Positions 54,857 to 63,979 of a DNA stretch of 63,979 nt are shown here, piece after piece. Position 1 is the stretch's first letter. The number at the start of each line of letters is the position of its first letter. The DNA comes from Paraspadella gotoi. Its lineage: Eukaryota; Animalia; Chaetognatha. The stretch spans positions 22,325,942 through 22,389,920 of the forward strand of contig CM119268.1 in the NCBI GenBank assembly GCA_051294375.1, written 5' to 3'. Under the pieces are notes generated by a model. It saw only the letters and a list, made by a program, of their open reading frames with translations, was not told the DNA's origin and did not search any database. The translations under genes were made by a program, and so were the position numbers.

Positions 54857-56492
54857 ATGAAGCCCGAAAGCGAAATGGAGATCGGAGACATAACATGACA
54901 ATGACAAGACGACGAACGATGATGAAGACGATGAAAAATGAAAACCCACGATACGGCGGAGAACTATAAAATTTAGACGAAGAAACATTTTTTAAGATAA
55001 AAAACAATGAAAATTGGTAGAACCATTTAAAATATTTAATACAATCCTTTTGTAGAGGGCTCAAGTCTAAAAAAAATGATGTTCCCTCTTTGATAGAAAC
55101 CCTAAAAAAATCCCATCATGTAGAATTAGCCATGAACCTTGTAAATCATCCTGAAACAGCAATTGAAATAAAAACCGAAACTGATTGATTATCTTACACA
55201 CCGGAAATTTATAAAACCGAAGAAATGCAAACCTAAAATGCAGTAATCTAGGTACCTTAGAAAAAACCAAAAATAATAAAAAAAATTTAGAAAATAAAAC
55301 CTGGAAATTTAAAACCTAAAGAATTCTTTTACTTTTAATTTCTTATATTTTTATTTGATTCTTAGGCTGGTCAACGAATACGAGAATTTTTTTTTTAAAA
55401 ATTGTTATGAAATTTATTTATTAGAACTTAAAAAGATTAAAAAACAAGAAAGCCTGATTACTTTTTTTTTCCTTTCCCCCCATACAATAGGCAAGAGATC
55501 ATTCAAAAAGGAAACGAGAAATAGCAAAAGTTCGTAATTAACAATAAGCCTTTAAACCACCAATAGACTTGTCGCAAGTCAGGGAGCAAGATAGCTTATT
55601 TATTAATGAAGGATAATTTTTATATTCGGTGTATACCAATTTCATAAACTTCAAGCTTTTTGATGCCGGGCGAGTATACAATATAGTATTCCCCCAATCT
55701 AATACTTATGGGAGTTTGTCTTTTTCATTACAATTGAACATTATTTTTAAAATCATTCATAAACACACCATTTTGATAGGGGAAAGCCAGGTACTCGGGA
55801 GTGAAATAAACAGACTGTGAGAGAGTCTTGGACTGGTGAGAGAGTCTTGAATTGAAAAGATTGCGCCAGGGACGCATGCCTATGGGTCATTATCTTGTAA
55901 AGTTAAATGGAAGGCCTATAAATAACCCCACCAAAGCCTGTCCCAAAGTCCAAAGACAAATATTTTTTTTTTAGAGATAACTACATATTTTTAGAGCAAC
56001 GGACAATATATAACATTTTGTATTAAAAGTAGAGGTTCTGATACCACGAAAAAATTATATTATGTTGTCATGTTTTTTGTCAAACTATTCCTAAAAATAT
56101 TTTCTTACACTTCCTGGAAACTTCGGTTTCAACAAACAAGATGCAGTCGAACACCCAGACGGCCACCTGGCAATTCCCCCTCATGTGCAAATAATGGTTA
56201 AAAATAAAAAAAAGCTTCCGGGATAAGACAGATAACAATGTTCAAACTTGGGAAGAACATAAGGAAGAAAAAGGAAAAGAGAAAAGGGAAAAAAATAGAT
56301 AGAAAGAAGAAAAAATAATATTGGGTTATCGAACCTGAATCAAAAATCTAGCGACAACTCCTCGACTTTCACAATATACATCGGAAAAGTAGAACATGAC
56401 GTCAGCCAGAAGATCAAAATGGACGAGAGAATCGATTGACCGAGAGAGGAGAGAGAGGAGAGAGAGGGAGAGAGAAGATAGAGAAAGAGAGA

Positions 56493-56541
<49 letters not shown>

Positions 56542-56734
56542 TGTGAACACTATGAACATGAATAAGACTAAACCCGAGCGCAATTTTACTGAGGTCATGA
56601 GGTCCTTACGTTTACGAAAAACTAAGGTAACGGAAAAAGTCATTTTTAAAAACGTAGAAAAAGAAAATTTTAAAAACTATGTGCAGACTTATCAAATTGA
56701 GAGAGAGAGAGGAAGAGCAGAGAGAGAGAGAGGA

Positions 56735-56782
<48 letters not shown>

Positions 56783-57290
56783 GAGATGGCGATTCCGATC
56801 TCAAAATCGAGTTCGTTAAAACAAAAGACCAGAGACAAAAAGGAAAACAAAACCGACTCATGAAACCTTTGTTAAGCCCCTCCATATGCAGAATTCAGCC
56901 CTGATTCGCGCAGAGTGCATACCATGACCCGATCGGGGGTCAGGAAACGCTCCCCACCCTTTTCAACCACCAGGAGCCTTTTTTTTTTTTTTCCTCGCTT
57001 GTTCCTTCGTTGGGGGGGCCGAAAATACGATATCACAATGGCAGTGACAACAGTGACAATGATAATATCGTCCCGATTCTCGCTGTTTGCAAATTTCTCC
57101 TCATCCTCTCTCTCTCTCTCTCTTCAGTCTCGTCACCGTCTCATCCTCATCTCTTTCTCTTCTCCTCTCCATCTCTTCCTCTCTCTTCTCTACCACCCGA
57201 TCTCATCTCTCTCTCTAATCTCTCATACCTCACCTCTTGCCCCTCATCTCCTCTCTCTTTCTCCCNNNNNNNNNNNNNNNNNNNNNNNNN

Positions 57291-57780
57291 GGTGGACGGG
57301 CATCATCGGAGGGTTTGGCGCCGCTGGATGGACGGGCATCATCGGAGGGGTTGGCGCCGCTGGGTGGACGGGAATCATCGGAGGGGTTGGCGCCGCTGGA
57401 TGCATGTTCATCGGTGGATGCATTGGCGCCGCAGGATGGACGTTCATCGGCGCCGAAGGATAGCGAGGCACCGCTGGCGGCGCTGGAGAGGCAGGCACCG
57501 CAAATTGGTTGGTCACCGCAGGAAGGTTACGCACCGTAGGCGGGATGGGAACCACAGGTTGGATTGGCGCGGGTACCATCGGCGGAATTGGAACGGCCGA
57601 CGGGATGGGCACGGCGGGCCAGGCGGGAACCCCAGTAAAGATCGGCGCCACCGGAGGCCCAGCGGGCGGCGGGAGCGGGGCTGCACCAGGCAACCCAGGT
57701 CCTTGCCAGGCCAAGGTTGGCCTGACGACGCCAGGAACGAAGGGAGTCGCCATTGGGTTGAGATCCGAGTTGGGAAACAT
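57291..57780 (-). CDS. Pro/Ala-rich protein with N-terminal PAM2 (PABP-interacting) motif; clean partial copy
   Basis: MFPNSDLNPMATPFVP fits the PAM2 pattern xxLNxxAxxFxP. It is followed by 12-aa repeats PMMPVHPAAP(T/N)P and is truncated by an N gap. Confidence 0.6.
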
Positions 57781-58828
57781 TTTCGTTTTCAAAGGATTGA
57801 AATCGCGAGAGAGAGACGATGACGAAGGTTGATTTTTGAGAGATTTGATAGAGAGAGAGTGGAGAGGAAAAATGNNNNNNNNNNNNNNNNNNNNNNNNNN
57901 NNNNNNNNNNNNNNNNNNNNNNNNNNNNNNNNNNNNNNNNNNNNNNNNNNNNNNNNNNNNNNNNNNNNNNNNNNNNNNNNNNNNNNNNNNNNNNNNNNNN
58001 NNNNNNNNNNNNNNNNNNNNNNNNNNNNNNNNNNNNNNNNNNNNNNNNNNNNNNNNNNNNNNNNNNNNNNNNNNNNNNNNNNNNNNNNNNNNNNNNNNNN
58101 NNNNNNNNNNNNNNNNNNNNNNNNNNNNNNNNNNNNNNNNNNNNNNNNNNNNNNNNNNNNNNNNNNNNNNNNNNNNNNNNNNNNNNNNNNNNNNNNNNNN
58201 NNNNNNNNNNNNNNNNNNNNNNNNNNNNNNNNNNNNNNNNNNNNNNNNNNNNNNNNNNNNNNNNACGACGATGATGAAGACGATGAAAATGACCACGATA
58301 CGACGACTAAAATTTAGACGAAAGAAAGATTTTTTTAGACTAAAAAACATGAAAATTGGTAGAAGCCATTTAAATATTATACAATCCTTTTGCAGTCCTA
58401 AAAAAAATAGATATTCCCTTGATTAGAATAACTAAAAAAATCCTCATTAGAATTAGTCCTGAACTGTAAATCCTGAAACAGAAATTGAAATAAAAACCGA
58501 AACTGATTATTATCTTACACCGGAAATTAAAACCAAGAAATGCAAACCTAATGCATAATCTAGTACCTAGAAAATAAAACCAAAAAATAAAAAAATTAGA
58601 AAATAAAACCTGAAATTTAAAACCTAAAGATTCTTTACTTTTAATTCTTATTTTCTTGGATTCTTAGCTGGTGAACGATACGAGCAATTTTTTTTTAAAT
58701 TGATTAATAAATATTTATTATTAGAACTAAAAGATAAAACAAGAAAAGCTGATACTTTTTTTTTCCTTTCCCATACAATAGGCCAGAGATCATTCAAACG
58801 AGAATAGCAAAGTTCGTCATTAACAATA

Positions 58829-58925
58829 AGCCTTAAACCACCAAAGACTGTCCAAAGTCAGGAGCAAGATAGCTTATTTATTAAATGAATGGATAATTTT
58901 TATATTGGTTGTACCAATTTCATAA
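58829..58925 (+). repeat. Short interspersed repeat family (…CCAAAGTCAGGAGCAAGATAGCTTATT…)
   Basis: Related copies near 9812, 14947, 44680(-), 55550, 55915 and 62790. Confidence 0.65.
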
Positions 58926-59731
58926 ACTTCAGCTTTTTGATGCTGGGCGGAGTACAATATAGTATTCCCCAATCTAATACTTATGGGAGTTGTCTTTTCA
59001 TACAATTGAAACATTCTTTTAAATATTATACNNNNNNNNNNNNNNNNNNNNNNNNNNNNNNNNNNNNNNNNNNNNNNNNNNNNNNNNNNNNNNNNNNNNN
59101 NNNNNNNNNNNNNNNNNNNNNNNNNNNNNNNNNNNNNNNNNNNNNNNNNNNNNNNNNNNNNNNNNNNNNNNNNNNNNNNNNNNNNNNNNNNNNNNNNNNN
59201 NNNNNNNNNNNNNNNNNNNNNNNNNNNNNNNNNNNNNNNNNNNNNNNNNNNNNNNNNNNNNNNNNNNNNNNNNNNNNNNNNNNNNNNNNNNNNNNNNNNN
59301 NNNNNNNNNNNNNNNNNNNNNNNNNNNNNNNNNNNNNNNNNNNNNNNNNNNNNNNNNNNNNNNNNNNNNNNNNNNNNNNNNNNNNNNNNNNNNNNNNNNN
59401 NNNNNNNNNNNNNNNNNNNNNNNNNNNNNNNNNNNNNNNNNNNNNNNNNNNNNNNNNNNNNNNNNNNNNNNNNNNNNNNNNNNNNNNNNNNNNNNNNNNN
59501 NNNNNNNNNNNNNNNNNNNNNNNNNNNNNNNNNNNNNNNNNNNNNNNNNNNNNNNNNNNNNNNNNNNNNNNNNNNNNNNNNNNNNNNNNNNNNNNNNNNN
59601 NNNNNNNNNNNNNNNNNNNNNNNNNNNNNNNNNNNNNNNNNNNNNNNNNNNNNNNNNNNNNNNNNNNNNNNNNNNNNNNNNNNNNNNNNNNNNNNNNNNN
59701 NNNNNNNNNNNNNNNNNNNNNNNNNNNNNNN

Positions 59732-62700
59732 TTAAACAAAAGACGAGACAAGGAAAACAAAACCGACTCATGAACCCTTTGTTAAGCCCCATATGGACCC
59801 ATTTCAGCCCCTCGATTCGCGCAGGTGCATCCATGACCCGATCGGGGTCAGAACGCTCCCCCCTTTTCACCGGAGCCTTTTTTCTCGCTTGTTCCTTCGT
59901 TGGGCCGAAAATACGATATCACAATGCAGTGACACAGTGACAATGATAATATCGTCCGATTTCGCTGTTTGAATTCTCTCTCTCTCTCTCTCTCTCTCTN
60001 NNNNNNNNNNNNNNNNNNNNNNNNNNNNNNNNNNNNNNNNNNNNNNNNNNNNNNNNNNNNNNNNNNNNNNNNNNNNNNNNNNNNNNNNNNNNNNNNNNNN
60101 NNNNNNNNNNNNNNNNNNNNTCACCTCGTCATAAATATAATACAGTTCATAAGAATTCGAAAATCATTGATTAATTTGAATAATTTCAAGGGTTAACAGT
60201 TTTGGTTTATTCTTTTTAGTTTAACATTTTGTATATTATAATTTTTTAAATTTTACAGAGATAGTAAAGTTTTCCACTTTTAGTTTTTATCGAATCCCAA
60301 AAATATTTTGAAATTGACTCCTTTTTTTCTATCTAGTGTTTTCATAACACATAGACAAATCGCTCAGTTAATATGAATATATTAATATTAATTGTAAATT
60401 AATACAATATTTTTCCCAGATATCGCGTTCGTAAAACCGAACTCATTCGAAACGTGAGGAGATGGCAAAAAGAATGGAGGGTAAGTTAATGTTTTCATTT
60501 CGAGTTTTTTTTTACATTTAAACAATGAATATAAAAAAAATATTCATTCATTTAATAAGTAAGTAATCTTGTTAAGGTGGCAGACCTTCTATAAGAACCC
60601 TGCAAGCTCTCACTGTTCCTTTCTCTCTCTCTCTCTCTCTCCTCTCAGCTGATCAACGACCTGTTCCGAACACGCTTGGCCGAGCGACGTCGCCTCTTCC
60701 CGACGCCTCCGCCGACGCCTCCGCCGGAGCCGTACGTCTACTGCAAGGGGGACGAGTTGATCTGTCGCTGCGGAGTCGAGGTGAATAGGGATTAATTAAT
60801 TGATTGATTAATTTAATTAATAAATTAATTCTACAATCGATTTCCATCAAATTTTCATTCCATGCATCAAAAAAAAAATAATCATGTCACCTAAAAATCG
60901 TCTAATGAATCACAAATTTATTAAATCATTTTTTTTTAAATCGAATCAGTGAGTCAATCAAATCTAATAAAACCAAATCAAACCAATCAATGAGTCAATC
61001 CAATAAAATCAATCAGTCAATCTAACCAATCCATCAATCAATCCTCAAGCCCGATACCGGCGAAGATCTCTCTCCATCCGTCTCTCCATCGAACGAGAAG
61101 CCAAAAGTTGAGGCGCCAGAGTTAACGATCGAAGCAACTCCTCCTCCTCCTCCTCCTTCTTGTTTTCTTCATCCACCTCCTCCTCCTCCTCCTCTTCCTC
61201 CTCTCTCCTCCCGCTGCGGAGCGTGTCGTTGCGACCCGACGAAGTCCGTCTTCAAGAAGCCGCCGCCCGTGGAGCCGGACAAGTTCGCCGAGCGGGAAGT
61301 CACTATCGAGTTGGGAGTTAAGGTTAGTGCGGGGGGAGAGGGAGGCGAGAGAGAGAGAAAGAGAAGAGAGGAGTCAGAAATAGGCTCAGAGGTTAGTAGT
61401 GGTTTGTGGGGTTTTATGATACAAGATTGGATTTTCCTCTGCAATGCATTAGACTTACGGTAGGCGAATCAAACACTTCAAGGAACCACTTAGGCGTGCT
61501 CATTAAATGTATAATTAATGACTCACCCTTCTATTAGTAAGAGATTTTAGGAGAGATGGCAATTATGCCCATAATGAGAATACTGGTGCTANNNNNNNNN
61601 NNNNNNNNNNNNNNNNATACAAGGAATTGGATTTCCTTGCAATACATTAACTTACGGTAGGCGATAAATCAAACACTGGGTGTATTAATGTATTATTACT
61701 TTATTAGTATAAATTTTAGGAGAATGAATTATTCCCATATGAGAATACTGTGCAACAACAAAAGTTTTATTTTTCCAAATATTTCGGCATAAATTNNNNN
61801 NNNNNNNNNNNNNNNNNNNNNNNNNNNNNNNNNNNNNNNNNNNNNNNNNNNNNNNNNNNNNNNNNNNNNNNNNNNNNNNNNNNNNNNNNNNNNNNNNNNN
61901 NNNNNNNNNNNNNNNNNNNNNNNNNNNNNNNNNNNNNNNNNNNNNNNNNNNNNNNNNNNNNNNNNNNNNNNNNNNNNNNNNNNNNNNNNNNNNNNNNNNN
62001 NNNNNNNNNNNNNNNNNNNNNNNNNNNNNNAGGTCAGTTTGAGGTTTTTGTAGTGTCCATGGTGTTTTTATGAATGAATGAATTTATGAATGAACCCCAA
62101 TCTTTATTGAGACCGCATCCGCGCCCACTCCGATGTCGCCGAATTTCCAAGGATTCTCGAATTTTAAGATCGTAAATTAGGCTTTTTATTTTTTTTATTC
62201 ATAGTTTTTATGGGTTCAATGTTTTCGATGTCGAAATTCAGTGCGCAGTATTGATGGTGTTGTCTAATGCCAGAGGTCTGCCATTGTTGTTTTTCTATGG
62301 ATTTTTCATAGGGGGGGACAACCCTTTCTGAGTTCTTTCTTTGACTAGTAGTAGTCAATTTTCACTTTTCTGGTTTCATTTTTCTTTGCCTTGAGATTGA
62401 CCTCAAACTGACCTTTCTCTGTCTCTCTCTCTCTTTCTCCTCATAATTAATTGTTGATTATTATTTTTCTTTTTAGTTTTTACTGTTTATTCTTTACCAC
62501 TGATGATGGCATAGAAATTTATGCCGATATATTTGGAAAAATAAAACTTTTGTGGTAGCACAGTATTCTCATATTGGAAATAAACCTATTGCTCATTATA
62601 CTCCCTGTGCTTGTGATGACGTTTAAAGAATTATTCCCACTTTTGAAAATTATCATTCATTTTTCCAATTTTAAATTCACAACCATTTGAGATTTTTTCA

Positions 62701-63159
62701 GTGATTTTTCCGTAATTTGAATTACCTTTTCCCATATCTTTCCTTGAATCACAGTTTAAAATACAATTGTATAAAACTATAAATGATGGAGGCCTTAAAC
62801 CACCAAAGCCTGTCAAAAGTCTGGGGCAAGATAGCTTATTTATTGAACGAATAGATAATTTTACATCGATTGTGCCATTAGAGTAACGCTTGCCGTAAGT
62901 CGCTTCAATATCAAAACTTAATCTTCTCAAACCAAGCATTTCCCCCACCCAAAAAAAAAGACAATCCTACCAAGCTCTGCTACATCGAACGAGGTCGCTG
63001 GAGTCCCTTCAAGCCCTCGCTTCTCTTCCTTCACGCCTTGACTCTACAGAAATCCGTGTGGAGAGACGTGATGGAGGAACTGAGTGCTGAAGGAAAATTG
63101 ATGGGAAAAGACCAGCACATGATGGCGTTGGATCTGCCGGGTGGGGAGGGAGGGAGGGG

Positions 63160-63191
<32 letters not shown>

Positions 63192-63554
63192 GAGACTGAG
63201 AGACATTATCCTTTTTTTTTTACCCACCAAAGGTCACGGAAACTCCACTTTAGACATCTCCGAGTGCTCGGTCTCCCACACGACCGCCCACGCGACCGCC
63301 CACAAAGTCGTCCACTTCGCCAACGCTGCCCAACGACCCCGCGCCGCCCACAAAGCCCCCACGCCTCCTACCCCCGAAGACCTCGTGGATCGCCTCCTCC
63401 GCATCCTGACCGACTTCGTGTCGGCGACGTCCTTGTCGGCCAAACCCTTTCATCTCGTCGGCCACGCGATTGGAGGATCTTTGGCGATTTTATTCGCGGC
63501 GAAATTTCCGGAGAAATTGACGCAGTTGACGTTGATGGCGCCGCGTGGGTTTTG
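59732..63554 (+). CDS. ABHD6-like alpha/beta-hydrolase-fold protein, partial, nucleophile Ser replaced by Ala
   Basis: Exons about 59732-59928, 60420-60480, 60649-60780, 61050-61322, 62974-63139 and 63233 to the gap. LCYIERG…KPSLLFLHAL…MALDLPGHG…KPFHLVGHAIGG…FAAKFPEKLTQLTLMAP resembles ABHD6. The two hydrolase exons are firm; the upstream Pro-rich exons are less so. Confidence 0.75.
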
Positions 63555-63979
63555 NNNNNNNNNNNNNNNNNNNNNNNNNNNNNNNNNNNNNNNNNNNNNN
63601 NNNNNNNNNNNNNNNNNNNNNNNNNNNNNNNNNNNNNNNNNNNNNNNNNNNNNNNNNNNNNNNNNNNNNNNNNNNNNNNNNNNNNNNNNNNNNNNNNNNN
63701 NNNNNNNNNNNNNNNNNNNNNNNNNNNNNNNNNNNNNNNNNNNNNNNNNNNNNNNNNNNNNNNNNNNNNNNNNNNNNNNNNNNNNNNNNNNNNNNNNNNT
63801 TTTTTTTTTTTTTTTTTAAGTTTGATGATTTAGGTTAGCGGTTAAGGATGAGGAATTTAGGTTATGGGTTAGTGGTTAGGTTAGTTATTTGGTTACATTT
63901 TTGGTAAGTAATGGCTAGGGATTAAGGATTGAAGTTTGAGATTAGGTTTAGGGATTAGGTTAAGCATCGGATTAAACTT

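Noticed and set aside
58889-59870. 244-294-aa ORFs
   Set aside because: They consist almost entirely of N gap.

Overview
This is an AT-rich, microsatellite-laden eukaryotic (invertebrate-looking) scaffold window with spliced genes, many assembly gaps and error-rich duplicated blocks. Main content: (1) a minus-strand tandem array of four 10-exon GT7 glycosyltransferase genes (beta-1,4-galactosyl/N-acetylgalactosaminyltransferase, bre-4/B4GALT-like) at 2.3-36.9 kb, all with Lys/Met at the two donor-specificity positions; (2) a small 4-exon gene (42325-44120), missed by the ORF track, encoding a signal peptide plus four Gln-initiated, dibasic-flanked repeat peptides, which is the most novel-looking item; (3) a PAM2-motif Pro-rich protein present as one clean and two noisy copies; (4) a partial ABHD6-like alpha/beta-hydrolase whose nucleophile Ser is replaced by Ala. 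Introns and intergenic DNA hold hAT and Tc1/mariner MITEs, a TRIM-type mini LTR element, a highly structured ~230-bp repeat family, and several Penelope-type minimal hammerhead ribozyme motifs. All gene models were derived by hand from splice signals and paralog comparison; no database search was run.
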